64,000 bases of DNA from Diploschistes diacapsis (lineage: Eukaryota), in assembly GCA_023645945.1 (NCBI GenBank), contig JALAIB010000001.1, positions 1-64,000 of the forward strand. The letters are read 5' to 3'. This document shows positions 14,585 through 26,513 of this stretch, piece after piece. The position numbers and the translations under genes are program-made. The notes beneath the pieces were generated by a model. That model saw only the letters and a list, made by a program, of their open reading frames with translations. It did not search any database and was not told the DNA's origin. Positions within the stretch are counted from its first letter, which is position 1. Every line of letters begins with the position of its first letter.

Positions 14585-15470
14585 GTGGGATGAAGCTCAG
14601 ATGATGCAGATAATGAGGAGAATGTAGCATATGTGTAATAATATCATAATAGGCTTTTAAATGGATACTTCGGGCCTTTCGAATGGCAAAAGTGAGAAGT
14701 CGGGAGTCGTCAACGGATAGTCTTACAAGGGAGTCCGTCAGACAGGAAGAAAGCTGCAGTGCAATCTCTGGAGTCTGTTATCAGAGAACGAAGTATCTAT
14801 TCCCTGACAGACCATTCATCTATGCCAGCGAACACCATCATGTGAGATGACACAAGAATTTCAGTTTGATATGGAGTTGGCTCAACAGCGTAGCTGCGCC
14901 TTGTTTCGAGTCTGCTGTCGATTGGTTCGCTTGGAGAGCTTCCCACAATTGGTACGTTGCATGGACACACTTTAACAACACTCCTCAGTCATGTTCTTCT
15001 CATGATCTGTGGCCAGATTGTCTCAAATGCGAGATCCAACACCTTGGTAAGTCGTATTTGTGGGGTGTCGGGGGGAATCTAAGCCTCAAATAGAGTTTCA
15101 GTATTCGCAACGTTATGAAGAATGCCTTCTACCATGAAATTAATATCAGGTACATCACAGCGACTGGATACAGAGACAGACAATCCTGCTTTCGAGTTCT
15201 CCTCGAGGTTACATTGCAGAGTCTCAGCGAGACCTTGGAGAATTACTCCGTATTATACCTCCTCCGTACCTACTTTGTACAGGAACCATCTACCGCAATG
15301 GGTCAGCGAGACAACTTAAAGAGCGAGGTAAGGGCAGGGGGTTTCCTCTTTCATGTGTTTAAAGAACTTTCAGATTAAGAACAATGCCCATCCTCAATAG
15401 CTTTCTACGATAGCGATTGATCATCCCTTGTTCGTTCATTCTCATATCCCAGAAATAAATCCAAGAAAAA

Positions 15471-16391
15471 ATGAAATTCTTTCTTTGCGCCGGTTATATC
15501 ACCATTCCTGCTGCAGCAGGTTATCTTGTTTCCCGAGATCCTTTTGACGAAGGTGATTTATACGTTCGGGAAACAGACTTCCCTCGCAGCTTATACAACA
15601 GCCTCTGGGCTCGTTCAAGGCTCTGTGACCCCGAAGAGCTATGGGAACGTGACCTGGACCTATCCGATCTCCACATCCGCACCGATCCGCCAACACGTCA
15701 AGTGATGCAACTAACACATCAAGGCAGTGGTGGCCCATCACAACCACCCACCCCACATCATGATAGTAGTCCGACGCGCCAAGACAGCGGTGGTTCGTTC
15801 CACTCAGCCTCGTCGATGGTCGATAATGGCTGGCATTTGGTCGATAAGCCGACCGGACGCGGCCGGACGTGGAGCCAGAACGGCGGGCCCGAAGGCGACA
15901 AGCGCCAGTCGAGGCTCAAGGCCGCCAAGGAGCAGGTGAAAATGGGTGCAAAGATCATAGGAGCCGCTCCGACCACCATGACGACAGCCGGCCAGACCGC
16001 CGGAGGTCTGATCACCTCGGCCGGCATTCTCGCCAATAGCCATCCCGCCATCGTCGGGGGAACCGCCTTGTCGGCTCTATCCGGAGTGGCGGCCAATGTC
16101 TACACTGCCAAGAAAGCGATGGACAAGTTCAACCACCCCGGAGTCAAGGACAAGGGGGGTAAGAAGAACAAGAAGAAAGGGAAGAGGGCCCTGGACGAAT
16201 ACACCGATATATGGCTGCAGGGGAGGAGTCTTGGCCTCGAGCAACGCGATCTGGATACCTTACTGATGGCGCGTGCGATCCAGCTAAGTCTGGCACAGCA
16301 ATTACCACGAGCCAGGGCGAGCCGCATGATTGAGGCGAGATGGGCAGACCCGGAGCCGGAAGCATGGTTTGACACCGATTTTGAGATCTGA
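15471..16391 (+). CDS. Secreted precursor protein with multiple LxxR/KR processing sites
   Basis: Intronless 306-aa ORF with an MKFFLC...AAAG signal peptide, repeated LxxR-D/E motifs, KKNKKKGKR, and C-terminal ARWADPEPEA. Confidence 0.75.
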   Translation: MKFFLCAGYITIPAAAGYLVSRDPFDEGDLYVRETDFPRSLYNSLWARSRLCDPEELWERDLDLSDLHIRTDPPTRQVMQLTHQGSGGPSQPPTPHHDSSPTRQDSGGSFHSASSMVDNGWHLVDKPTGRGRTWSQNGGPEGDKRQSRLKAAKEQVKMGAKIIGAAPTTMTTAGQTAGGLITSAGILANSHPAIVGGTALSALSGVAANVYTAKKAMDKFNHPGVKDKGGKKNKKKGKRALDEYTDIWLQGRSLGLEQRDLDTLLMARAIQLSLAQQLPRARASRMIEARWADPEPEAWFDTDFEI

Positions 16392-16808
16392 AGCCTGGCG
16401 CTTTTTTGGCCCGTTATTTGTTTGGAATACTGTGAAGTCATGAACCGGAAAGAACAACTGATGAGAGCGCATGGAATGTTTTTGTACAAATCTATGCTGG
16501 CCACTTGTAGTCAACGGTTACAATTCTATTTGTCCTAGAATTCAAACCAGGGAATCAGCAAATGTCCCAATTTTATTTGGCCTTGAAGAATGATTGAGCA
16601 CAGCGGTGCTGCAACCAGTATATTGTATAATTCAAGGGTACGGCCACTTGTCTCGCAACAAGCGCCTACTTCAACGGCTTGTGGAGTAGGTAATGCCTTA
16701 TAAAGCCCAGCACAAGCAGGAAACAGTCCCCACAGTATACCTTCGATCGATGAAAGCTCCAACAAACTTACGCTAGCCTGCAATTAAGATAAAATTAAAG
16801 CCCATCAC

Positions 16809-19248
16809 TCAACGAGAGATTGTAGCCACAACTTCCCTGACAGCTCCGTACCACAACGTAAACTCGGCGTTCCACAGGGATAACGTCTCGTCGTCGAGTC
16901 GTGAGATTTCCTTCTTCTCTTCGTCGATAGATTCTGAGTAGCCATGCAACTCGAGCTTCAATTCCTGTCTGCGACCACCAGACTTTCCTGCCTCTATCGT
17001 TGACAGCACGAGAGGAAAACCCTGGAAGAGACTTTCCATGTCTGAGCAGACGGATAGGGAGAGAAATGAGTATTGTACGTCCTTCCCAATCTGGGTCCCT
17101 CCATTCGCTGTGTGACTAGGGAGATTGAGCGCAAGCCTGTGCGGTGTCTTTAGTCTATCGTTGCCCCAGATGTTGAGATTGCTGTTGGCAAGGAAGGTAA
17201 GTATGGCGGGGTCATAGTTCTCCGGCTTGGCGGAAAAGGAAGTCTGGGAGGTAAAACGGACGTCGGTGCCTTGCACAGGGAGGAGAAGGTCTTTGACACG
17301 GATATTATGGCGGAGGTGCGCGCTGGCAAGTTTTGTGGTTTGGTGCTGACCATCCAAACGCACCTCAAGTTCTAGTAACGGGAAACGCTCGAGGTCGGGC
17401 TTCAGAAGTATGCGGATGTAGTTGAATAACGTCGGAGCATCTTTCACAAGCTGATCCATGGTTGCAACGATGCTGGGAATATTGGGAATGAAAGTCCGAC
17501 GGTGTTGCTTTATCGAATTTAAGGCAGTTTCAACCCTTTGGACGCGACCACCGCCTGCAAGTCTTACTCGGTTCTCAAAGTCAGTTAGAGTCTGAAGAGC
17601 GTGCACAATACTACCAAAGCTTGCTGAGACAGTTTGCTCTGGGCGCGAGTCCCAGTAATCACTTGCCAGTGCCGTCCATATATTACGGAACCTATCCTTT
17701 AGATCCTGGACAATTATGGATTCTGCAGCTGGCATTGCTAGTTGTTGCAGATTGACTGGGGTCCGTGGATGCAAGCGTTTCTCCCTCCACCGATACCACC
17801 TCTCCTCTCGCTCGCAGAATGTCAAACCGGACTCTGCATTAACGGGCACAAGAACGGGTGCAATGTTCTTAGGGTAGTGTTGAGAATCAGGTGGTTTCCG
17901 CTCAAAATACTCGCGCACCTGCGTAGCAAAGCGGCGCACATCTTCAAGACTCGATGATTGAGACGTTAGGTAGACGACATCGATCTTTCAGATTCAGCTC
18001 AATACTAGAAACAGAGAATCAAAGCCTACCGTCTGATCTCCCTTTGCAACGATCTTTGTGTTGGTTAGCTTCTCCATCGAGTCCCAAAGTGACCGACGCT
18101 TCGGCTCCAGCACTCGGACCCTCGAGCCAAGGTCGATCGTTTCTACCCTAACGCTCTCTAAGCAAACAGCTATGGCCTGCAGAGCCAAACGACAAACTTC
18201 GTAGACACCATAAGTGCGGACGAATCCAAATGTAGGTGCCACATCAATCTTGACACCCGAGGTTTCTGAGATCTTTGCAAAGATATCTGAAGAATATTAG
18301 AATTCGCTCATATGATCGGGGCAAAGACCCACTATTCTTGAGTAGAACGTCCAAAGTACCGACATTCATTGCAAGATCTACAGAGCCAGGGCGAGCCTTT
18401 TCCTCCCATGTCCTCAGATTCCAGCATCTGCGTAAGATCCTTTCGACTAGCCTCGCTTTGTAGGTCTGGCGAAACGTCCCTTCCGCAGTCTGAGTTTCAG
18501 GCATAATAAGAGCGTCTTTTTCATCCTTCTGCGCGAACTTTGGGTCGAGACGCCTTCCGGCTTCTTCTGGAAAGTCCCCAGCATACCACCTAGACCGAGT
18601 ATAAGTTTGTCCCTTGAACAAAGCATTGAGATCGTCAGGCTCTATCGTTGTCGCTGTGCCGGTGGCTTGAATGTAAGCCTGCAACTGGCTTGCTTTGAAG
18701 CCGTTGAGTAAAGTGTCACCAACAGTTCGACACTCTTCCAAGTAAGGATCTTCAGCTGGTCCGATTTGTTCCATAAAAGCCTTGCGCAGCTGCTGTATAT
18801 TTTCCACGGCCTCTTCCGTGGTAGATGTACCAGATTGTGTTGTTGCATCTTTCAAAAAATCCTCCAGAAATTCTCTGTTTAAAGGTTCGTTCCGAGCAGG
18901 CGGTAGGTCCTTGGGGCGATGAGGTTTGTCTCGTACGACACGAATGACCGCCGGTTCTCCTAGTGCTTTGATGGGTAGGGAAATCTTGTCTTCATGAAGA
19001 TTCAGATGTCGGAATCTTGGACCAATACGCCGATTGTGAGAGTCCTGCACATACACGAGTTCCTTCAAGGTGGTAATTGGGGGCTGATGGCCGACTCTGT
19101 GTATTCGCTTTTGCTGGTAGCTTCGTGAAAACTCGCGAGGCTTTATGTTTTGAGGTAGTTCTAGTTGCAGCTGCATACAGCGTGTGACTTTCACTTCGCA
19201 GGCCCAACAAATGATCCCTTTGCGCCCAAGATTCATGGAATTGAACAT
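16809..19248 (-). CDS. Mitochondrial inner-membrane-bound regulator (Sls1-like), 3 exons
   Basis: Basic N-terminus. GFKASQLQAYI and KARLVERILRRCWNL resemble fungal SLS-domain proteins (recall). ORFs 18244-19248 and 16809-17939 are joined via short introns. Confidence 0.6.
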
Positions 19249-19421
19249 GGGAGCTCAAACATTGGAGTGCATTAAGCATGCTAGGGTTGCTAGCATGCTG
19301 TACGAGAGAGTGCAGAATAAATCCGTTAAGTCCGCAATATAACTGGGCGTCAACAACTCGAACTATCATTCAAGGTCCCACATAGTATCATAATTCTATT
19401 AAACCAGAACCCATTCTCCTA

Positions 19422-20751
19422 ATGCCAACCATGTCAGTTTTAGCCCCCGTGATAAACGGTTCAACGATGTTGAGATCAGCAGTTGAACCGAGTCACTTAA
19501 ACCACGTGCGCATAAAGACAGGCTGCTCTACCATAGATCTTGCCCTCGCCAGCAACCTCAATGGCGGCGAGGTCGTATCAATAGCTGGAGAAGTTGCGAG
19601 CGAGAAAAATGTAGTGGGTGCTCAAGACAATACCATAAGACCTTGATTGAGGTTATCAGGTAGCACTCAACTCCATCGCTGAAGATCTTATTGCAAATGA
19701 CTTACACGAGATCGCCTTTATTGACACATACGGCTCTTTCGATGCACAGAATCTCTTGCATATCCTGCAGAGCAAGTTGCAAAAACATGCTGCTCATCGG
19801 AATCCGAATATAGCTTTCGAAGGCGACAAAGACCAAGATTTGTCTACACAAGCTATCTCCATGCTGGACCGAGTACACCTGATGCGAGTGTTTGACTGGT
19901 CAGGCCTGGAGGAAGCAGTCGAGGAGATTAGTCACATCTGCACATCATACGGTCTAGAAGTGACTGAAGCAAGTCAGACAAGACTGGTAGGGGAGGTGGC
20001 TGATTCCGAGGATAAGGACAAAAATTTCAAAGATGCATGCTCAATCAAGGGAGCATTGCGATCGAGCAGTCGTGAATCGAGGATGGTAAGTATGCTTGTT
20101 GTTGACCAAATAGCCAATGTGCTGGGTGCGGAGCTCTTAAGAAACCACGTCCAAGGTATGCATCTCCTAACACAAGAGTCTATCGTTTCACCGTACCATC
20201 TTGCCATCTGTGAACCGCCCGCTGATCGACTTGCTGGATGAGCTCGAACATCATGGGCTGCTTTGAAAACTCTTAACGTAACCGTTCCCTGAATACATTC
20301 GTGGATTTGACACCAGGCTATTCCATTGTTTTATCTCATGCTCATCACTTCTTTAGGCCAAGCACAACTCGCAAGCTTTGGTCAATCTTTGAGGCGTTTG
20401 GTAGAAAACTGGAAGGTCTGCGTCCTTTTGATTAACGGAGTAGTAGGAGCTGGGCATGCTGCGCCAAGATATCCTACAGGTGGCAACGGCAGATCATCGA
20501 TTTTCGAAATGATAACTGCGCAGCCTGCACTTGGTAAGAGCTATGCAGCTTTAGTGGATCTTTCCCTCTACTCTTCCAGAGTCCCAAACGAGATACTACA
20601 AACCCAGGAACGTTTCGACCAAAAGTCTCAAATCAGCATCCTGGAAGTACTGCAGGATCGCAAGGGCCGTCGCGGAGGGAATTGGGCTCTTTTCCGCACT
20701 GATGGCACCTTATTGATTCCATGGGAGGATCGGCCTCTAACTGGAAACTAG
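19422..20751 (+). CDS. Rad51 paralogue (RAD51D-like RecA fold, degenerate Walker A)
   Basis: IKTGCSTIDLAL..GEVVSIAGE, IAFIDTYGSFD, LDRVHLMRVFD, MLVVDQI, PALGKSYAALVD. Introns ~19611-19659 and ~20156-20356. Confidence 0.7.
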
Positions 20752-20774
20752 AATCCTGCCAAATTCCGCAGCAT

Positions 20775-22150
20775 TCAATCAATTGGAGCTCGGATTTCCC
20801 AGCTCCTCAAGTCTTCCCTAACGTCAATTTCGGACACTTCGTTTGGTTGCCTTTTCGCGTTATGTTTCCGGTCATCTGAACTATTAGATGGTGTTGTATT
20901 TTCGGGGGTCACACGCCTAGAATCGCTACCATTGGATTGGCTTTTGTCACTATTGACAGCGCGTCCTCCACGAGTACCATATCTTAGATCGCTGCTTTGG
21001 CCACGCTGCGCGTTCCTACTCTTACCAGGGACTTGTAGATGCTCCACATCGCTTGTATCGTGCTCGTCGTTGGTAAGAGAGTCCTGCGTCGCCATGGAGC
21101 TTTCCCTATAGCGTCCCCAGCCATCGCCACCAGCAAAAATATCTTCGATGCACTCATCTGCAGGGAGCTCCTGCGAGGAGAAGGCTGCTACAAGAGTCTT
21201 ACGATAAATAGCCTGTTGCTCATTCTTTTCACGAAATAGTTTCGCCGGCATGGTTGGAAGATGGCCAATGTCGGATGGCTGACTTTGCTCTTGGTTCATG
21301 ATACCAGTGATATCACTAAAGATGTTATTTTCCGGTAGTGGAGGACTACCATCGTTAGCGCTTCACTACGGTGTATCGGATGCGCATACGTCGTAAAATT
21401 CCGGTCTCCCTCTATTAGCTTTATGAATATGGAAACCTAGAGAATTAGCCAGAACGCATGCAGGTCTGTTTCGAACGCTCGTACGTGGAGTGTGCTATTG
21501 ATCTTGCTGTCTTGCAAAAGGTACCTCCGCTTAACCGCCTTCTCGTCCTCGTAATCACCTTCGGCATATTCGGCGAGATCCAACTTGCGCGTGCCCAGCG
21601 TTATCCTCTCGGACTTGGGCCCAGAATGATACTCCTGGATGACCTCGAAGAAGATCTCTGTATGCTGAAGCAGTCCGTTCCTATCCGCTGTCATGCGGAG
21701 CTGCAGTGTCTTTTCGTAATTCCAAGTAACTTTATGGTCTTTTATAGGTGCCCTATGTGTCTTGCCGCGGTGCTCAGCAGCGGTGGAATGTGGGAGATGC
21801 CACTTCACGAAAGACATGCCGGTTACGAGAGGCACGTTGTTGAGGTCAAGAATCTGGTCAATGATAAGATCGCATGTTCGCAGAGAACACTACGTACATT
21901 ACCACCAAAGCTAGCTCGAATTTGGGCTGCAATGCTCAGCATACTGCATGTGGGCTCCGTAGGGATCTCACCTTGCGATTTTTTGGAACTACGGCGGAAG
22001 TGATAAGCGACTGTGAGGCATCAAAGAAGCGAGCGCCTTTAGAGGGCATGGTCGTCTGAAGAAGTTCATAGAGTGACAGATGAAGTGCAGGTAGTCACAG
22101 CCTTATAATAATGTTTTTTAAGTGAAGTTCCACTTACTGACGGCTTGCGT
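20775..22150 (-). CDS. NT-C2 (EEIG1/EHBP1 N-terminal C2) domain protein; probable ACG start
   Basis: Spliced IPKNRK|PKFELALV|ILDLNNVPLVTGMSFVKWHL, DHKVTWNYE, LDLAEYA, RRYLLQDSKINSTL, IEDIFAGGDGW. Confidence 0.8.
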
Positions 22151-22372
22151 GGCAGCGATGAAGACCGTTGGTAACCTTGATCATCGTATCTACCGGACTC
22201 ACATGCATATTTGCTGCTTTACTGGTTGCAATCTCAGCACTAGGTTATCTGGGCAGTAATAATTATTCGCATGGGTCCATTTATCGGCGGATGCATAGCA
22301 TGAACGATGTTCCGTAATTGATATTGTCTGCAATCACACTATTGTAGTTGATTGATAAGGATCCCAAAATAT

Positions 22373-23703
22373 ATGGAAAGACCCAGAATTCTGCCCGACG
22401 AGATTGCTTCACTTGTTCTAACCAAGTTCGATTCCTTAGCGGCCAAGAACAAGCCAGTGCAGAGTGCAAATGGACTGGCTAGCTGGGTGCCCCTGAGCGG
22501 CATCGTGTTGACACGCGGTGAGTAAGCTCGAGCACATCTTTCAAAGGGCTAGCGATAATGTTGGGTTCTTCTAGAAGGGAGTGGTTCTGAATGTGTGGCA
22601 CTTGCGTATGTGCATTCAAACTATTACCGAAAGTGCTAAAGAAGAAGGCTCAAAGAACAGGCATGAAATGCCTTCGAGAGTCAAAGGTCTCGTTAGCCCA
22701 AGGAAGAATACTACATGACTCTCACGCGGAGACCCTTGCAATTAGGTGCTTCAATCATTATATTCTCGACGAGTGCGAGAATCTGGTTCGAAATCCTTCA
22801 GCAATATCGCCCTTTATCGTTCGCCAAGGGGAAAGGAATAGTGCGGCTCTAGGATCGTGCCATCCTTTTACTATTAGACCAGAGGTTATGATAAGCATGT
22901 ATTGCTCAGAAGCCCCATGTGGCGATGCGAGCATGGAGCTCATCATGGTAGCTCAGGAAGACCCTACCCCATGGCCGCTGGCTCCAAATGAAGAACTAGC
23001 AAATCAGGCTCTGAAGGGTCGAGGCTCCTTTGCGGAACTGGGCGTTGTTAGGCGTAAACCAGCTCGAGGAGACTGCCCAGCATCATTGTCGAAGTCATGC
23101 TCGGATAAAATGGCACTGAAGCAGTGCACATCGCTCCTTTCTTCACTAGCTTCGGTCATCGTGTCGCCACGGAATGCGTACCTATCATCGCTTATAATCC
23201 CTAGGTCGGAGTACGTACATTCGGCCTTTGAGCGGTCATTCTCTACTGAAGGCCGCATGAAATTGGTCGCGCAATCAAGATGGCCTGGCGATTTCGCCTT
23301 CTCTTCTTTCCATACCCTAGTCACGGACCAACAATTTCAATACTCGAAGCGTTCAATAAAGGAAATCAGCACTTGTCTTAAAAGCTCTAACATCTGCGCG
23401 ATCTGGAATCCACACATTCAAGAGACTTTGATCAACGGAGTTTTGCAAGGCTGGAAGCAGAGCGACCCAAGGTGCGCGAGCTCTATCTCGCGGATGAGGT
23501 TGGTGGGGAAGGCCTTAGCTGTGTATGAAGTTCTTGAGAACGACAGAGCAGGCAGCACAACAGCCCCTTTTGGAACGTATCAAGACTTCAAGAACTCTGA
23601 GCTTGTGAGGGATCGAAGAAGGGTTAAACAGGACTCGATAGCAAGAGCTCTAGTAGGATGGGTGCCCAATGTGCAAGACTCATTCCCTCTTTCACACAAA
23701 TGA
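22373..23703 (+). CDS. TAD1: tRNA-specific adenosine-37 deaminase
   Basis: TGMKCL, LHDSHAE, YCSEAPCGDASM, VRRKPARGD, SKSCSDK (ADAT1 Zn-binding motifs). Two 5' introns. Confidence 0.92.
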
Positions 23704-23751
23704 AAGTTGCAGTCGTTGCTCTGTAAAGTGGGTAGTGAATACCAAACAATT

Positions 23752-24180
23752 TCAGGTATCGGTGTCCATTTCCATCTTGACAAGCCCTGACCCATCGACT
23801 TTCGCTCCCTTAGCAGCCCTTTCCTCCTTCTGTCGGTAGAAAAGCTTTCGCTCTAGCTGTCGTTGGTCGTCCAGTTTCTTCATCTCTCGCTCTGTTTCCT
23901 CATTCTTTTTTCTATCATCTTCAAGTAAAGCAATAACTTTCCCTACAGTCTCCCAGTAAGCCTGATCGATCTGCTCCTTGGTCATGGTCCGCAGAATCGA
24001 AGCTTTGCGGTAGTCAAATGCCTCTTGTTCGCGTGATGATCTAGGTTTTCCAGATATCAGACCGTGGGGGTACGTTGAGGAAAGAAAATCTGGAAGACCG
24101 CGCTTGAGGTATGCATTTGATGGTCCTGTCAAGTTCTCTGCCGTAGGAATGATATCTCCCATTGGGGTGTCTTCCTCCAT
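23752..24180 (-). CDS. Hypothetical coiled-coil protein, 142 aa
   Basis: Intronless ATG-to-stop ORF with a charged coiled-coil segment (EEKLDDQRQLERK-like run). Confidence 0.6.
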   Translation of the reverse strand: MEEDTPMGDIIPTAENLTGPSNAYLKRGLPDFLSSTYPHGLISGKPRSSREQEAFDYRKASILRTMTKEQIDQAYWETVGKVIALLEDDRKKNEETEREMKKLDDQRQLERKLFYRQKEERAAKGAKVDGSGLVKMEMDTDT

Positions 24181-24596
24181 TTTTGAGCACTAGAAAAGAG
24201 CTACTTGAGTGGTGCACCAGCTTAGAATACCAGATATTGAAGCAAGTTCCTGCGAAGTAGATTAGTATTTGCAGTAAGCCCTGCATTCGTACTCATTTGT
24301 CTGAAGCTGTTTATATAGCAGAGTGTTTTCTTGGCAGTAACCAAAATCGGGTGTACACACAATATGTAGCGGAAATTACTAGTGGCGTAATTAATGGCTG
24401 GAGCAGCAAGTAAGTTAGATTTCAATCTTTATATTGTCGAAGCAGCTTAGCTAGCGACTGTAATCTATTAGAATTTACCGTCTCAATAGCCGCTGCCGTT
24501 TTGCTCCGTTGTTGTTGTAGTGGGACATTTCCCCTCCGCTTAGGCCTGAATACCCTGCTGTCAACACTTCAGTATTCGTAATCTTTTAGAACAGAC

Positions 24597-24955
24597 ATGG
24601 TGAGTGCACCAGATCCTTATTTCTAGAACCAAGAGTAACAGTCTCATTAGGCGGACAAACTGCGCACTCAGCAACAACTGGAGCAGCTTCAAGCTCGCTA
24701 CGTTGGTACAGGCCACGCAGATACAACAAAGTTTGAGTGGGCTTCAAATATTCATCGCGACTCTTATGCTTCGTATATCGGTCACCCCCCGTTACTATCA
24801 TACATGGCTATTGGCATGGGTGAGCCCAAAGAAAAGGTTCGAGCACGGATGATAGAGGCAATGATACAGCCGGTCGGAAAGCCTCCAGAGGTATCAACAG
24901 CAGGTCTAAAGGGTCATCCAGAATATGCTGATTGAAGATTCAGGTACAAGACTAA
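24597..24955 (+). CDS. SF3B5: Splicing factor 3B subunit 5 (Ysf3), 3 exons
   Basis: M|ADKLRTQQQLEQLQARYVGTGHADTTKFEWASNIHRDSYASYIGH. Introns 24600-24650 and 24891-24943. Confidence 0.95.
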
Positions 24956-25286
24956 AGGAATGCGTGTTCTTCTCTACCGATTCAGCTCCCAAATGAGATC
25001 AACTGGCTAAAATCTACCGGATGCAAGACGTTGCTTCCTTAAGGGGTCCTCTAAGATCCCATCGCTTTGCCTTCCTAAGACATGACATTACCCAAAGAAA
25101 CACCAGAATCTGCGGAGCCCTTCCCATCCCTTTCCCTAGTCTATCTTTCCTTCGACATCAGGCTAGGCTTCAATGCCTTCCAAAACACACTGACATTTCA
25201 CTGGTCTTCGACCGTCCTCTTTTTAAGGATGAGTCCACAACATTTACCTCGGTGCTTGATGCGTTTGTAAAGCGCTTCTTTGAATC

Positions 25287-26153
25287 TCAACCGTTTCTAC
25301 CGCTTTCGAGTGCGTCATGGTCTGGGCCATTTGGTGTTGCTCTTTCTGAAGGCTGATCAGTATATCTGTCATCCCTGCTATCGTCTGCCGCGATTGCTCG
25401 CTGGGTCAAGAGATTTGCCTGTCGGAGATGTGTTTGAAGCAGGCCAAATGGTTCATCTCGCCGGAAGATGACAAAACATGCCTAGAGAGCTTAAGCACAA
25501 GCATTACCGTCTGGTATTGCTACACACCTTGATCAAAAGCCCAGAGAGGCCAATTGCCAGCCAGATACCCAACACTACCCTTTGCTGTTGTTTCCATGGT
25601 CCTTCACAAGCTTCCCTCATTCCGTAGCTTTCTTCACACGCACCAGCATCGTTGTTGTGAAAGGGCCATGCTCTGTCGCGAGGGGTGTGAAGTCCGCAGC
25701 AGCTGAAGGCTTCCTGGAGGGTCTTGATTGCAAGCGCGTTTTTGGCACCCCAGAAGGCTTGCCAACGGTTATCGATTGAGCATTCCAGCACTTCGGGCTG
25801 TAAAATCGTGACTGCCACTGTAACAAGAATGGTGTCGAACAGGGCTAGGACCACTAGTCCCGTGGAACGAGGAGCGAAACGGATTATGAAGCCTTTGCTG
25901 CTTGAGCGGAAATTGTATATAAGCGCTAGGAAACTGAGTATAGGAAGGACGACGGCAAGCACATTTGGGAAAATCGGCACAGGAAGATATAGGTTGTTTG
26001 CTTTCACCACTGCGACGATTGCCGATATTATCAGTATTATAGTGACCTTTTATGAAATGTTAGTCGGGGAGATATCACTTGTGTTTCCTGAATGGTAATT
26101 GGACTTGCAAGTAGGCCCACTGTCGCTAGAGCAATTTGGATCTTTCCAACCAT
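25287..26153 (-). CDS. Fungal tetraspanin-like protein (Tsp3-type), 3 exons
   Basis: Four hydrophobic segments and LQEAFSCCG..DRAWP..C...C.GPW. First intron is GC-AG (26108-26047). Confidence 0.75.
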
Positions 26154-26513
26154 CCTTCGCTAGTTTTACTTCAATGGTCTTACTAAAGAGCTGACTGAGA
26201 AGAGTAGAAAGTCAAAAAGAAGCTGGGACGAGCAGATAGATGATCAATCACTCTCCGCATTTACAATGTGTGGTGGGGTCAAGAGTAAGCCAGTGATACC
26301 TTATATGAATTAAAGATGCTGGCAATCGTTGGACTCTGCATGTCTTTGTCGTACAGAGTTCCCTGTCTCTTACGCATATTGACACTACATCGTACACACA
26401 TCTAAAAAGTTGTATGCAATTTACCGCAATGAACCTGCCAATGTACTGCTAATGTATGCGCTTCGCTCGTGCTATAGGTTCGTAGATCGTGTTGAAAATC
26501 TAAGCGCATCTTG

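Noticed and set aside
20156..20356. Intronic snoRNA in the long intron of the Rad51 paralogue
   Set aside because: No exact RUGAUGA box or terminal stem found.
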